From the NCBI GenBank assembly GCA_052279835.1, contig CP181291.1, forward strand, positions 3,392,001 to 3,456,000: a stretch of DNA of 64,000 nt. Reading direction: 5' to 3'. How positions within the stretch are numbered: position 1 is the first letter of the stretch; each line of letters begins with the position of its first letter. This DNA is from Microcoleus sp. (GTDB taxonomy: Bacteria; Cyanobacteriota; Cyanobacteriia; Cyanobacteriales; Microcoleaceae). Below, in pieces: positions 8,845 through 19,534 of the stretch. Both the position numbers and the translations under genes were made by a program. The notes beneath the pieces are model-generated. The model saw nothing but the letters and a program-made list of their open reading frames with translations, was not told the origin of the DNA and made no database searches.

Positions 8845-11800
8845 ATGCCAAATTTAAACTCTCAAATTTCGGGAAGTGCGATCGCCTTTATCGATCGCCT
8901 GGTTACAGATTATCAAAGTTTGATTGCCGGGGTAACACCGGGTACGGAAGTAGTGGTTTTGGATGGGAACCGGGATGCGATCGCACAAATTACTGAAGTT
9001 TTGGGCGATCGCAAAAATATTGATAGCATTCACATAGTTTCTCACGGTGCTCCGGGTAGTTTGCAACTGGGAAAAACTAGATTGTGTGCGGAAAATCTGG
9101 AAACTTATGCCGAGAAATTGCAGCAGTGGCCCAGTGCTTTAACTCCGGGTGCGGACATTCTGATTTATGGTTGCAATGTCGCATCTGGGCCTGGCGATTG
9201 CCTCAAAGTCCGCCGGGGAATTAATTCCCCGTCTCATAGCGCAAGTCGGTTGAAACCGACTGAAAACAAGGCGGGTATTCAGTCCTATGAAGAGGACTTT
9301 CGCTATGAGACGGGGGTTTCAACCCCCGGCGGATCTGGGGAATACGCGATCGACAATGAACGGGCGATCGACAATGAATGTGCGATCGACAATGAACGGG
9401 CGATCGACAATGAATGTGCGATCGATAATGAATGTGCGATCGACAATGAACGGGCGATCGACAATGAATGTGCGATCGACAATGAATGTGCGATCGATTG
9501 CAATGTCGCATCAACACCTCGCGCTTCCCTCAAAGTCCGCCGGGGAATTAATTCCCCGTCTCATAGCGCAAGTCGGTTGAAACCGACTGAAAACAAGGCG
9601 GGTATTCAGTCCTATGAAGAGGACTTTCGCTATGAGACGGGGGTTTCAACCCCCGGCGGACCTGCGGGCGAGGGCGAGGCTATTGAGTCCTATGAAGAGG
9701 ACTTTCGCTATGAGACGGGGGTTTCAACCCCCGGCGGAAACTTCATCCAGCGCATCGCCCAACTCACCAATACCAACGTTGCCGCCTCCAAAAACCTCAC
9801 CGGCAGTGCAGCAAAAGGTGGCGACTGGGAACTAGAAGTCACAACCGGGAAAATAGCAGCACCTTTAGCATTTCAGCCCGAAGTTCTAGCAACATACAAC
9901 CACGTCCTTGCAACCTTCAGTGAAGCCAGGAACTATAGTGTGGGCCAAGGAAATATTTCTGACATTGGTACGGGCGATTTTAATGGTGACGGTTTCCTCG
10001 ACTTAGTAGTGCCAACCTACTTATCAGATATTTTCATATTGTTGGGGACGGGTACTACGGGCAGCTTTGGTACTCCTATCAGCTTATTGAAGCCAGGAGG
10101 TAAGGAGAATCCCTCTGGCGTTGCAGTGGGTGACTTTAATAAAGACGGCAAACTCGATTTAGCTGTAACGAATTCTTACTATTTCGGAGATAGCGGCAAT
10201 TTCGTTTCCATCCGTCTGGGGACGGGTACTGGCAGTTTTGGCGATCCTACCAAGTTTGGTGAAAATATAGATCATAGTTCGATCGTAACCGGTGACTTTA
10301 ATGGAGATGGCAAGTTAGATTTAGCCACAACTCCTGAGAACGATAATTACATTTCAATACTTTTGGGAGACGGTACTGGTAGCTTTGGGACTCCCGTTAA
10401 GATTAATACACAAACACGCAAGTCTACTATTGCCACAGCCGACTTTAACGGCGATGGCAAACTCGATTTAGTCACGTCGAACAATGAAAAGACTAATAAC
10501 ATCTCCGTTTTCTTAGGAGATGGTAAAGGCAACTTTAACTCCCCCGTTAACCTTAACTCCCCCTCTAACACTTTCTATAGTGGGCGAATTGTCGTCACAG
10601 GCGACTTTAATGGCGACAGCAAACTCGATATCGCCGCCAATAACAACTCCGATCGATCAGTCTCAGTCTTCTTGGGAGATGGTACGGGTAATTTTGATAC
10701 TGCTAACAACTTTAATGTCATAACTTCTGGAGGACAGCCCGAATCTGTGGTTGCAGGGGATTTTAACGGCGACGGCAAACTCGATTTAGCCACGTCTAAC
10801 AACTTGGGTGCTTCCCTTTCAGTCTTGTCAGGAGATGGTACGGGTAAGTTTGGTAATCTCAGTCAATTTACGATACCGAGTTCTTCCGCATATGCTTATA
10901 TGATTGCGAGAGATTTTAATGCTGACGGCAAGTTGGATATAGCTACGGCTTTCGGTTCAAATGTCTCGGTTCTGCTGAATACATCGAATACAGTTAATTT
11001 CGGTGCGGCAACTTACAGCGGCGTGGAAGGAGCAACAGACACAGTAGTTAATATTCCCGTCAACATCACCGGAGGCACTCCCTTAAACGATGTAGTTGTG
11101 CCAATTCTCCTCGACTCCAGCAGCACCGCCACCCAAAATACAGACTACACCTTTTCTCCTACTTCGATTACCTTCCCCGCAGGTGCAACAGGTGACGCAC
11201 TCACCAAGAATGTTGCAGTTACTATCAAGCCTGACAATCTCTCTGAAAACCCCGAAACTGTAATTTTCAACTTGGGTACAATTACAGGTGCGATTGCCGG
11301 ATCTACAAAGAAAACAACTCTAACTATTTCAGATCAGGTTTTTGTTACTTATGCCATTGCCACCGGTACTGCCAGCATTGACGAAGGCAATAGCGGCAAA
11401 AAACCTCTAACTTTCACTGTGAATCGCAGCAACGTCACTAACGGGGCAAGTAGCGTCAAATATGCAATAGGAGGAACAGCTACCAACGGCAGCGATTATA
11501 ACAATATCGGCGGCACTTCTGGGGCAAGGAATGCTACTGGCACGATTAATTTTGCGACTGGTGAAACATCAAAAACCATCACTCTGGATGTGTTGGGCGA
11601 CACCATCGTTGAACCCGATGAAACTATTACCGTCACCCTGTCGGAGGCCACAGGTATCGCAGCGGTAACACCGACAATTACCGCTGATACCGCTACCACA
11701 ACTATTATTAATTACACTGCACCGACGCCGGCACCGACGCCGACGCCAGTCACGCCAACACCGACACCGCCGACACCAACACCCACACCGACACCAACAC

Positions 11801-13878
11801 CCACACCGACACCAACACCCACACCGACACCAGTCACGCCGACACCAACACCCACACCGACACCAGTCACGCCCACACCAGTCACGCCAACACCGACACC
11901 AGTCACGCCAACACCAACTCCAATACCAACGCCAACGCCAATACCAACACCAACACCAACTCCAATACCAACTCCAATATTAGTACCAATACCAATACCA
12001 ATACCAACTCCAATACCAACTCCAATACCAACTCCAATACCGACGCCAATACCAACACCAATACCAACGCCAACGCCCACTAATCGTCCTCCAGAGGAGA
12101 ATATTCACCTGGGCTACGGTTACACTCCTTTCGATCGGGACATTCCTAACGTCTATATAGACCCGGATGGAGACCTACTAACCTACACACTAACCCTTCG
12201 TGACGGCAGTTTATTACAGAGCAATCCGAACAGCAGTTGGCTTGGATTTTCGTTTGACTCTGCCACAAACAGCATTAAGTTTACCGGAACTCCCCCAAGC
12301 AACTGGCAAGAATTCCAGGCGAAATTAACAGCAATAGACCCTTATGGTGCAAGTTCCAGCCAGATAATCAAGGTAATAAAATCCCGAGACGGGCGGGTTA
12401 TCGACGGTTACATTTCCGGGGCGACTGTCTTCTTAGATGTCAACAAAAATGGCGTTCTTGATGCCGGCGAACCATTAACTAATACTGACTCTAACGGTGA
12501 ATTTAATCTCAATCTCCCCTTCGAGACTTTCGACAACAATCAAAATGGCGCAATTGACTCAGGTAAAGGCAATTTAGTTGCCATAGGCGGCACTGATATC
12601 GCCACGGGTTTACCCCTAGAAACACCAGTCACCGCACCACCAGATTCCACTGTTGTCACCCTCTTAACCAGCTTAGTGGCCAACTTAATTGACAGAGGAA
12701 TTGAACCAGCAGAAGCACAATCTTTAGTCAAAACTTCCCTTTCCATTCCCACTAATGTTGACCTGACCAGCTTAGACCCCATAGACGCCACCAACAACAA
12801 CCAGCCAGGGGGAGTCGCAACTTTATCTGCCATGGTGAAAGTCCAAAACTTCATCACTCAAACTGCTGCGTTGATTGACGGTGCTTCTAGTGCGGCAACT
12901 AAGGAGATTGTCAAGGCTGTTGTCACTTCTATTACAAGTCGAGTTCAATCTGGTACTGTTTTAAATCTTAGCAATGCAGCGGATTTAGAACCGATTATTC
13001 AGCAATCTGCCACTAGAATCAAGCAAGTTGACTCCCGTTTCAACAGTCAAAAATTTACCCAAATTACCTCGCAAGCTGCGACTGTAATGGCAACAGCCAA
13101 TCAACGCATTGATGCCGCTGTCTCCAGCACAACAGGAACATCCATTCCTGAAGCAGTCGCCCGCGTCCAAAAAGTAACTTTGGGCGAAACTACTCAAGAT
13201 TTCAAAGCTGTTGGTGCTGGAACTAAGACAATTTCTCAGGTAGTTTCTGAGAATACTGGTACGGCTTTAGACACCCAAATTGAAGCTGTTACATTACCTG
13301 GTGGGCTTGCTACTCCTGTTGTCACCGGCGATGCTGATTTGGGCAGCAATTCGCCCGACGCAATTATCGGTACAAACGGCGACGATATCCTGACTGGCGG
13401 CAGCGCAAATGATGTTTTGATGGGGATGAGGGGCAATGATTACCTCGACGGTGCTTTGGGAAATGACTCTCTTTTCGGCGGCAAAGGTAACGATATTATG
13501 CTGGGAGGTAGCGGTGATGATGCCTTGTTTGGCAGTCGCGGTGCTGACATTTTGAATGGCGGTGATGGCAACGATATTCTGCTGGGAGGTAAGGGTGATG
13601 ATTTGCTCACAGGCGGTTTGGGAAGTGATGTTTTGACAGGAGGTGCTGGCAATGATAAATTCTTGCTTTCTACCAATTCTGGTATCGATACTATATTGGA
13701 TTTTGAGGAGGGCCAAGATTTGCTAATACTGGGCAATAATCTCACTTTCTCGCAATTGTCAATTACTCAAGAAAACAGTGCAACTTTCATCCGTTTGTCT
13801 GCAACAGGTCAAATTTTAGCCTCTCTGAATGGGGTGTCTGCAAGTGCGATTAGTGCCGCTAATTTCAATTTAGCTTAG
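8845..13878 (+). CDS. large secreted surface protein: DUF4347, FG-GAP/VCBS repeats, Calx-beta, Pro-Thr linker, cadherin/Ig-like, RTX Ca-binding repeats
   Basis: [15 protein letters not shown]...[10 protein letters not shown]...GGDWELE (DUF4347); repeated [22 protein letters not shown]; (PT)n; DPDGDLLTY; GGxGND nonapeptides. Confidence 0.9.
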   Translation: MPNLNSQISGSAIAFIDRLVTDYQSLIAGVTPGTEVVVLDGNRDAIAQITEVLGDRKNIDSIHIVSHGAPGSLQLGKTRLCAENLETYAEKLQQWPSALTPGADILIYGCNVASGPGDCLKVRRGINSPSHSASRLKPTENKAGIQSYEEDFRYETGVSTPGGSGEYAIDNERAIDNECAIDNERAIDNECAIDNECAIDNERAIDNECAIDNECAIDCNVASTPRASLKVRRGINSPSHSASRLKPTENKAGIQSYEEDFRYETGVSTPGGPAGEGEAIESYEEDFRYETGVSTPGGNFIQRIAQLTNTNVAASKNLTGSAAKGGDWELEVTTGKIAAPLAFQPEVLATYNHVLATFSEARNYSVGQGNISDIGTGDFNGDGFLDLVVPTYLSDIFILLGTGTTGSFGTPISLLKPGGKENPSGVAVGDFNKDGKLDLAVTNSYYFGDSGNFVSIRLGTGTGSFGDPTKFGENIDHSSIVTGDFNGDGKLDLATTPENDNYISILLGDGTGSFGTPVKINTQTRKSTIATADFNGDGKLDLVTSNNEKTNNISVFLGDGKGNFNSPVNLNSPSNTFYSGRIVVTGDFNGDSKLDIAANNNSDRSVSVFLGDGTGNFDTANNFNVITSGGQPESVVAGDFNGDGKLDLATSNNLGASLSVLSGDGTGKFGNLSQFTIPSSSAYAYMIARDFNADGKLDIATAFGSNVSVLLNTSNTVNFGAATYSGVEGATDTVVNIPVNITGGTPLNDVVVPILLDSSSTATQNTDYTFSPTSITFPAGATGDALTKNVAVTIKPDNLSENPETVIFNLGTITGAIAGSTKKTTLTISDQVFVTYAIATGTASIDEGNSGKKPLTFTVNRSNVTNGASSVKYAIGGTATNGSDYNNIGGTSGARNATGTINFATGETSKTITLDVLGDTIVEPDETITVTLSEATGIAAVTPTITADTATTTIINYTAPTPAPTPTPVTPTPTPPTPTPTPTPTPTPTPTPTPTPVTPTPTPTPTPVTPTPVTPTPTPVTPTPTPIPTPTPIPTPTPTPIPTPILVPIPIPIPTPIPTPIPTPIPTPIPTPIPTPTPTNRPPEENIHLGYGYTPFDRDIPNVYIDPDGDLLTYTLTLRDGSLLQSNPNSSWLGFSFDSATNSIKFTGTPPSNWQEFQAKLTAIDPYGASSSQIIKVIKSRDGRVIDGYISGATVFLDVNKNGVLDAGEPLTNTDSNGEFNLNLPFETFDNNQNGAIDSGKGNLVAIGGTDIATGLPLETPVTAPPDSTVVTLLTSLVANLIDRGIEPAEAQSLVKTSLSIPTNVDLTSLDPIDATNNNQPGGVATLSAMVKVQNFITQTAALIDGASSAATKEIVKAVVTSITSRVQSGTVLNLSNAADLEPIIQQSATRIKQVDSRFNSQKFTQITSQAATVMATANQRIDAAVSSTTGTSIPEAVARVQKVTLGETTQDFKAVGAGTKTISQVVSENTGTALDTQIEAVTLPGGLATPVVTGDADLGSNSPDAIIGTNGDDILTGGSANDVLMGMRGNDYLDGALGNDSLFGGKGNDIMLGGSGDDALFGSRGADILNGGDGNDILLGGKGDDLLTGGLGSDVLTGGAGNDKFLLSTNSGIDTILDFEEGQDLLILGNNLTFSQLSITQENSATFIRLSATGQILASLNGVSASAISAANFNLA
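9201..9333. mobile_element. REP-doublet (REPIN-like) palindromic element, copy 1, in frame within the DUF4347 domain
   Basis: 125-bp imperfect palindrome TCCGCCGGGG...CCCCGGCGGA made of two inverted ~56-bp two-hairpin units; identical to 9528-9660. Confidence 0.8.
9346..9497 (+). repeat. 18-bp coding minisatellite x8 (AIDNE[R/C])
   Basis: Units GCGATCGACAATGAA(CGG/TGT). Confidence 0.95.
9528..9738. mobile_element. REP-doublet element copy 2 (9528-9660) plus an extra right arm (9681-9738), in frame
   Basis: Exact 133-bp duplicate of 9201-9333, followed by a third [25 protein letters not shown] arm. Confidence 0.8.
11718..12080 (+). repeat. Pro-Thr/Pro-Ile coding low-complexity linker
   Basis: (PT)n, PVT and PI repeats in the translation. 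Confidence 0.95.
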
Positions 13879-13967
13879 AGTCGATGGGTAGGCACGGGGG
13901 CATTGGTGTCAACTTAGGCCTGAAACCCAGATCAATGTCCCTTTTAGGCCTAAATCCCCACCCCCCC

Positions 13968-14104
13968 CTAGGGCGTGTTTTCAAACCCAAAGATCCCCCC
14001 CAGCCCCCCTTAATAAGGGGGGGAAAGAGTCTTTAAGTCCCCCTTCCCAAGGGGGATGCGAGGGGGATCTAAATCTTAAGGAGTAGTTTGAAAACACGCC
14101 CTAG
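13968..14104. mobile_element. MITE with perfect 19-bp inverted ends CTAGGGCGTGTTTTCAAAC, nested in GC-palindrome (family C) repeats
   Basis: Right end GTTTGAAAACACGCCCTAG; CTAG at both ends suggests a target duplication (IS5-like, inferred). Flanks and interior contain CCCCCTT.....AGGGGG palindromes. Confidence 0.85.
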
Positions 14105-14218
14105 CCCCCCCACCCCCCCCTGCCCCCCCCAAGGGGGGATGGGGGATGGGGGACTTTGAGAAAACTCCTGTCTCCCCCTTCTTAAGGGGGGCTAGGGGGG
14201 ATCGATCCTAAAAATAAA

Positions 14219-15088
14219 TCACAGTTCTAAAGGAGCAATAGCATTCAATAATTCTTCTAAGATAAATCGTAGCAATGACTGAGTTGCTAATACTAAGCCC
14301 AATCTGGCTTGGGCGAGTTTCAGGTTTTCTCTTTTAATTTCGCCCCAAATTCTACACTGGCTGTAAAAAGTCTGAAAGGCTGTGCTCAAACTATTTGCTA
14401 ATTTGAAATAATCGATCGCTCTTTCTTGGTTGCACTCCCCAAACACAAAAGCTAGACTGTCTAGCACTGTCAATAGTTGGGAAATTAAATTGCTTTCGGC
14501 TGGATGTATTAATCTCAGTTGTTCGTTGTCTAGCCAGGGTAAGGGATTTGGGGCCGTCAGCGACCAAATTTGCGGTGTGGTGGCCACATCGGGTTGGGCG
14601 ATCGCAATTAGGCGATCGCGATGGGCCATTCGCACCAGAGAACAACAGCGGGCGTGGCTGTATTGAAGGGGAAACAGTCGATCGGCGGACAATATGGGTG
14701 ATATTATTCGAGACTGTGTAACTGGAATGGGAGTTTGAGCTAAACGCTGCAACCACCAGGCCAAAGCTGGAGGGGTCAACTCAAACTCAATGATGGCCGA
14801 GGGCGCTAATGTCACGGCGAAATCTGGATGACACATAGCTTGCAGAGTTGCAGCTAACTGTGTGGCGATGGCTTGGGGTGTCTGCTGGCACACTTTAGCC
14901 AATTTGAGGGCGATCGCCGAAATGTACACTACTCCTAGACTATTCTGAGACCGATTTAAGGGAATTTCATCTAGTTTTAGGGCCGTTTCTGGCATATTAG
15001 CCCGTTCCATTGCTGTTTGTAGCCGTGAGCGCAACAGAGTTTTGACTGTGAGTTTTTCCAACTCCCAGTCTTGTGATTTTGATTCCAT
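14219..15088 (-). CDS. stand-alone DALR anticodon-binding domain protein (ArgRS-like, no catalytic domain)
   Basis: LQYSHARCCSL, FQTFYSQCRI, ARLGLV...APLEL resemble the ArgRS DALR_1 domain. Start trimmed because the longer ORF overlaps devH. Confidence 0.8.
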   Translation of the reverse strand: MESKSQDWELEKLTVKTLLRSRLQTAMERANMPETALKLDEIPLNRSQNSLGVVYISAIALKLAKVCQQTPQAIATQLAATLQAMCHPDFAVTLAPSAIIEFELTPPALAWWLQRLAQTPIPVTQSRIISPILSADRLFPLQYSHARCCSLVRMAHRDRLIAIAQPDVATTPQIWSLTAPNPLPWLDNEQLRLIHPAESNLISQLLTVLDSLAFVFGECNQERAIDYFKLANSLSTAFQTFYSQCRIWGEIKRENLKLAQARLGLVLATQSLLRFILEELLNAIAPLEL

Positions 15089-15126
15089 ACTCAAAACTTT
15101 ATATTTGCTGAATTCAACCATTGAGA

Positions 15127-15142
15127 TGTATTTTTTGTTACA
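15127..15142. promoter_or_regulatory. NtcA/CRP-family (NtcA or DevH) binding box
   Basis: TGTA-ttttttgt-TACA is a perfect GTA-N8-TAC in the divergent DALR/devH intergenic region. Confidence 0.55.
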
Positions 15143-15287
15143 TTGAATATTTATGTAAAACTGACAAAAATAAGCAAGCACAGCTAAGCTAGTGTAAGCT
15201 CGATCGGGGTCAGTCATCTCACTTTGTATCGCCATATTGGCAAAACCTGTTTTTTTCACTGGTAACACATATCCCAATCCCTCACCC

Positions 15288-16040
15288 ATGCAATCAACTT
15301 CCACATCTCTAGAGACGATCGATCGACCGTTTATAACTTGGCAACGAATTATAGACTGGGCCCAGGAACACTACCGCTGCCGGACTTTTAGCAAAGACGA
15401 GCGCATTCCAGCTAGACCGGGACTCCTGTATTTAGTACAGAAGGGGTCTGTGCGGCTCGTAGGTAGCGCTCAGGTCAGCGCCACTTCAAAATCGTCAAAA
15501 TCCGATCGCGAAGCACCAGAAGAAGCTTTTCTGGGGTTCGTAGGAGCGGGTCAGCCTTTTGAACTGGTGGCACAGTCGCCGTTTACTCTGCAAGCCTACG
15601 CCCACGCTGACCAAACTCACGTAGTGTGGATGTACTGGCACGATTTAGATAACTGGCCTCACTTCCGCCGGGAAATTTTGGATGCGTTTCGCTACCAGCA
15701 CCAGCGGAAACTGCTCTGGCTAAGCACTTTGGGACAGCGCCGGACAATCGACCGCTTGCTGGGATTTCTCACATTGTTGATAGAAGAGTTTGGGGAACCC
15801 TACGTAGGTGAGACGGAACCTGATGTGGTTCGCGGCTATCGCCTCCCTTGGGCCTTGACTCATGCTCAAATTGGCAGTGCAATTGGTTCAACGCGAGTCA
15901 CAGTCACTAGGTTGATGGGTAAGTTGCGATCGAAAGGTTTGATTAATACTGAGGATGACAATTTAATCTGTTTACCGGCTAGCCCGGATTCGCCCAAAAC
16001 TAAAAATCCTAAGCCGAAACCGGAAGCGTTGATGGAATAA
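15288..16040 (+). CDS. devH: Crp/Fnr family transcriptional regulator DevH
   Basis: RPFITWQRIIDWAQEHYRCRTFSKDERIPARPGLLYLV...LTHAQIGSAIGSTRVTVTRLMGKLR closely matches Anabaena DevH as recalled. Start at ATG 15288. Confidence 0.85.
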   Translation: MQSTSTSLETIDRPFITWQRIIDWAQEHYRCRTFSKDERIPARPGLLYLVQKGSVRLVGSAQVSATSKSSKSDREAPEEAFLGFVGAGQPFELVAQSPFTLQAYAHADQTHVVWMYWHDLDNWPHFRREILDAFRYQHQRKLLWLSTLGQRRTIDRLLGFLTLLIEEFGEPYVGETEPDVVRGYRLPWALTHAQIGSAIGSTRVTVTRLMGKLRSKGLINTEDDNLICLPASPDSPKTKNPKPKPEALME

Positions 16041-16179
16041 TCTGGGTCGAACCCAGGGGCAGATTGTTCCGAAACAGCGGGCAACTGTTAGTTTTTTTAG
16101 CCGATCGCGGTCTTTGTCACTCCACATTGTAGGATGAATTGTGTAAAATTTTACGGTTCTCTCTTTTGTGCGATCGACC

Positions 16180-16848
16180 ATGACCGATGACCAGCCAAAA
16201 TTGACCATCCCGAACCATCAGCAACGAGTCCTCTTCTGTGACTTTGATGGCACGATTACAGTAGAAGAAACTTTTGTGGCTATGCTGAAGCATTTCGCGC
16301 CACAACTGTCATCGGAACTGATGCCAGAAATGTATGCTAGAAGGCTGAGTTTGCGATCGGGAGTGCGGCAGTTATTGGAGTCGATTCCCTCGGAATGTTA
16401 CGGGGAAATTATCGAATTTTCCCGCCCCAAGCTGATGCGATCGGGATTGGTAGAATTACTGGATTTTTTGGATGCTAAAGGGGTGCATTTTGTGATTGTT
16501 TCCGGCGGTTTGCGAATTATGGTAGAAACCGTCCTCGGCGATTTAGTCCATCGGGCTAGCGCTATTTATGCTGTGGATGTGGACACCACCGGGCCTCGGT
16601 TCCAAGTAAAGTCGGAGTTTGAGGGGGATACGGAATTGGTGTCGAAGGTGCGGGTAATGGAACAGTACCCAGCCCAGGAACAGGTGGCGATCGGAGATTC
16701 GATCACTGACTTTAACATGGCTTTGCAGGCTTCATCGGTGTTTGCGCGCGATCGACTGGCCCAATATCTAGACGAACAGCAAAAGCCCTATACTAAATGG
16801 GATAATTTTTTTGATGTGCTAGAAAAGCTCTCCCAAAAATGGGATTAA
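16180..16848 (+). CDS. mtnX: HAD-IB phosphatase, MtnX-like (methionine salvage)
   Basis: FCDFDGTIT, VSGG and IGDSITD motifs; directly upstream of mtnB. Confidence 0.75.
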   Translation: MTDDQPKLTIPNHQQRVLFCDFDGTITVEETFVAMLKHFAPQLSSELMPEMYARRLSLRSGVRQLLESIPSECYGEIIEFSRPKLMRSGLVELLDFLDAKGVHFVIVSGGLRIMVETVLGDLVHRASAIYAVDVDTTGPRFQVKSEFEGDTELVSKVRVMEQYPAQEQVAIGDSITDFNMALQASSVFARDRLAQYLDEQQKPYTKWDNFFDVLEKLSQKWD

Positions 16849-16892
16849 AACTCAACTAAAATCATGCACAAAAAGCTGAGGATTGGCAAAGA

Positions 16893-17522
16893 ATGAGCGG
16901 CGATTTGAGAACAGATTTAATAGCAGCGGCAAAACATTTTTACGATCGAGGTTGGATGGTTGGGACAGCCGGGAATCTTTCCTCTCGTTTAGATGACGGC
17001 AGTTTTTGGATTACCGCTAGCGGCCGCCAAAAAGGCAAATTAACTGCCACTGATTTTATTAGAATGAACTTAGACGGCATAATTCTAGAGCAACCCGATC
17101 CAGATAGTCGCCCTTCCGCAGAAACCAGCATTCATTTAGCGGTGTATCAGAGTTTTCCCGAAGCTCAAGCTTGCTATCACGTTCACTCCATCGAGGCAAA
17201 TTTAGTCTCTCGGTTAGCAGCGGGAGATGCCGTGTCTTTACCTGCGCTCGAAATGCTCAAAGGTTTGGGAGTCTGGGAGGAAAACCCCCAAGTATCCATG
17301 CCCTTATTTACCAATTATTTTTCAGTCCCACAAATCGCCCAGGAAATTGGCGAATTATTTGCCACTTCCCCCCCGCAAGTACCCGCTTTGTTAATTCGCG
17401 ATCACGGCGTTACAGTCTGGGCTAACTCCCCAGCTACAGCCTACAATTACATAGAAATTGTCGAATACATTTTTCGCTACATGGTGATGGCCCGTCAATC
17501 GATTTTAGACTATACATTTTAA
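16893..17522 (+). CDS. mtnB: methylthioribulose-1-phosphate dehydratase
   Basis: GWMVGTAGNLS, ITASG..KG, PSAETSIH, HVHS, EMLKGL, HGVTVW. Confidence 0.9.
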   Translation: MSGDLRTDLIAAAKHFYDRGWMVGTAGNLSSRLDDGSFWITASGRQKGKLTATDFIRMNLDGIILEQPDPDSRPSAETSIHLAVYQSFPEAQACYHVHSIEANLVSRLAAGDAVSLPALEMLKGLGVWEENPQVSMPLFTNYFSVPQIAQEIGELFATSPPQVPALLIRDHGVTVWANSPATAYNYIEIVEYIFRYMVMARQSILDYTF

Positions 17523-17542
17523 AACAAGTTGAGGTAATATTT

Positions 17543-18580
17543 ATGGCTAAATATACCCGAATTCTCTCCATAGATGGAGGCGGTATTAGAGGAATTATTC
17601 CCGGACAAGTTGGAGTAGCCCTTGAAGAAAAACTGAAACAAAAAAGCGGCAACCCAGAAGCAAAAATAGCTGATTATTTTGATTTAATCGCCGGCACCAG
17701 TGCCGGAGGAATTTTAACTTGTCTTTACTTGTTTCCCGACCCAAATAATCCCAACCGACCTCTGTGGTCTGCCGAAGATGCTGTAAATTTCTCCATCAAA
17801 AGTGGTCGCGATGTTTTTAAGAGTTCCTTTTGGCAAACACTCACATCTCTAGACGGTTTAGTTGATGAAAAATATTCGAGCGATCGCCTAGAAAAATTCT
17901 TTTTAGAACACTTTAGAGATTGCCAACTCAGTCAACTGCTGAAACCTTGTTTAATTACCAGTTACGACATCGAAAGGAGAAAAGCTCACTTTTTCAATCA
18001 ACAAGATGCTGTAAATAATCCCGAAGAAGACTATTTCATCAAAGATATAACCAGAGCGACATCGGCTGCTCCTTCTTATTTTGAAGTTCCCAAAATTCGC
18101 TCCTTGACCAACGAATCCTACGTTTTAGTTGACGGGGGAGTATTTGCCAACAATCCCGCACTTTGTGCTTATGCAGAAGTCAGAAATAAATTCCGCATTC
18201 CCGACGATCGCCCAGACAGAGGTCCGACGGCAAAGGAGATGGTAATCTTATCTCTCGGCACCGGAGACGCTCAAAAAAAATATCCCTACGAAGAAGCCAA
18301 AGACTGGGGTCAAGTGGAGTGGATTGAGCCTTTGATTAATATACTGATGACCGGGGTTTCTGAAACAGTCCATTATCAACTCATGCAAATTTTTGATGCC
18401 ATTGAAAGACCACATCAATATTTGAGAATTAGTCCTGATTTGAGTTTATATACAGAACCGCTACCCATCGATGATGCGTCGGAACCAAAAATATCACAAC
18501 TGGTGAAAATTGGCAAAGAGCAAGCACAAAAATACGATGGAGAATTGGATCGCTTTATTGACTTATTAGTGGCTGAATAA
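17543..18580 (+). CDS. patatin-like phospholipase
   Basis: LSIDGGGIRG, GTSAG nucleophile, DGGVFANNP, LSLGTG. Confidence 0.9.
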   Translation: MAKYTRILSIDGGGIRGIIPGQVGVALEEKLKQKSGNPEAKIADYFDLIAGTSAGGILTCLYLFPDPNNPNRPLWSAEDAVNFSIKSGRDVFKSSFWQTLTSLDGLVDEKYSSDRLEKFFLEHFRDCQLSQLLKPCLITSYDIERRKAHFFNQQDAVNNPEEDYFIKDITRATSAAPSYFEVPKIRSLTNESYVLVDGGVFANNPALCAYAEVRNKFRIPDDRPDRGPTAKEMVILSLGTGDAQKKYPYEEAKDWGQVEWIEPLINILMTGVSETVHYQLMQIFDAIERPHQYLRISPDLSLYTEPLPIDDASEPKISQLVKIGKEQAQKYDGELDRFIDLLVAE

Positions 18581-18673
18581 TTAATAATTAATAATTAATA
18601 ATTAGTTATTGGTTATTAGTGGTTAATCCTTAGTCCTTAGCCTACAGCACTGTCACATATAAAATCTAAATCA

Positions 18674-19486
18674 TTGGTGAAAAAATACCAAGACAAGCGC
18701 GATCGACCCTTAGATGAAACCATTAACAACAGATGGTTTCAGCGATTTTCTGTCACTATGTTCCTAGGTGGACAAGTGCTGTGGCGCATACTCAGTGGCA
18801 AAGTTGACCGCCGCAAAATCATGGAACACTTAGTCACAGTAGGATTAGATTCTTTGCGCGCTGTATTATTAATAGCCTTCTTTGCCGGCATGATTTTTAC
18901 CATTCAATCAGCCAGAGAATTGATTAGATTTGGGGCTGTGGGCGCGGTAGGAGGTGCTTTTGCTTTGGCATTTTGCCGCGAATTAGCACCAGTTTTAACT
19001 GCCGGTGTAGTAGCGGGACAAGTAGGTTCAGCCTTTGCAGCGGAAATCGGCGAAATGCAGGTGACGGAACAAATAGATGCGCTGTATATGTTGAGAACAA
19101 ATCCGGTTGATTATTTAGTAGTACCACGGGTGATAGCTTGTTGTGTCATGCTGCCGGTATTAACTATTTTTGCGGTGGCGGTGGGGATTATAGGGGGAGT
19201 GTTTGTAGCTGCTATTTTTTATGAGTTGGAACCGTCAGTATTTTTAGAATCTGTTCGGACTTTTTTAGGACCTTGGGATTTAGTCACTGTGGCGATTAAG
19301 AGTTTTATTTTTGGATTGATTATTGCCATTGTGGGTTGCGGTTGGGGATTGACTACAACGGGGGGAGGTAAGGGAGTTGGACAAGCTGCGACGGCGGCGG
19401 TGGTAACTTCTTGGGTGTTTATTTTTGTGGCTGATTTCTTTTTGTCGCTGTTACTTTTTCATGAGTTGGGAATTACTAGAAGTTGA
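18674..19486 (+). CDS. mlaE: MlaE-family lipid ABC transporter permease
   Basis: RELAPVLTA, GSAFAAEIGEMQVTEQIDAL, GVGQAATAAVV. Confidence 0.85.
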   Translation: MVKKYQDKRDRPLDETINNRWFQRFSVTMFLGGQVLWRILSGKVDRRKIMEHLVTVGLDSLRAVLLIAFFAGMIFTIQSARELIRFGAVGAVGGAFALAFCRELAPVLTAGVVAGQVGSAFAAEIGEMQVTEQIDALYMLRTNPVDYLVVPRVIACCVMLPVLTIFAVAVGIIGGVFVAAIFYELEPSVFLESVRTFLGPWDLVTVAIKSFIFGLIIAIVGCGWGLTTTGGGKGVGQAATAAVVTSWVFIFVADFFLSLLLFHELGITRS

Positions 19487-19534
19487 TGATATTTTATTGA
19501 TACTCCCCAGGCTAAATGCCTTGTTTACAAAAAA

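Noticed and set aside
9201..9738. Possible CRISPR array or intein
   Set aside because: The repeats have no unique spacers and no cas genes are present; the insert lacks intein splicing motifs (no terminal His-Asn).
11712..12080. Antisense (GV)n ORF
   Set aside because: Shadow of the Pro-Thr linker.
15237..15304. Head-to-head overlap of the DALR and devH ORFs
   Set aside because: Artefact of longest-ORF starts; the likely starts are about 15088 and 15288.
17543..18580. Patatin as a CBASS CapV effector
   Set aside because: No CD-NTase or other defence gene is adjacent; the neighbours are mtnB and mlaE.
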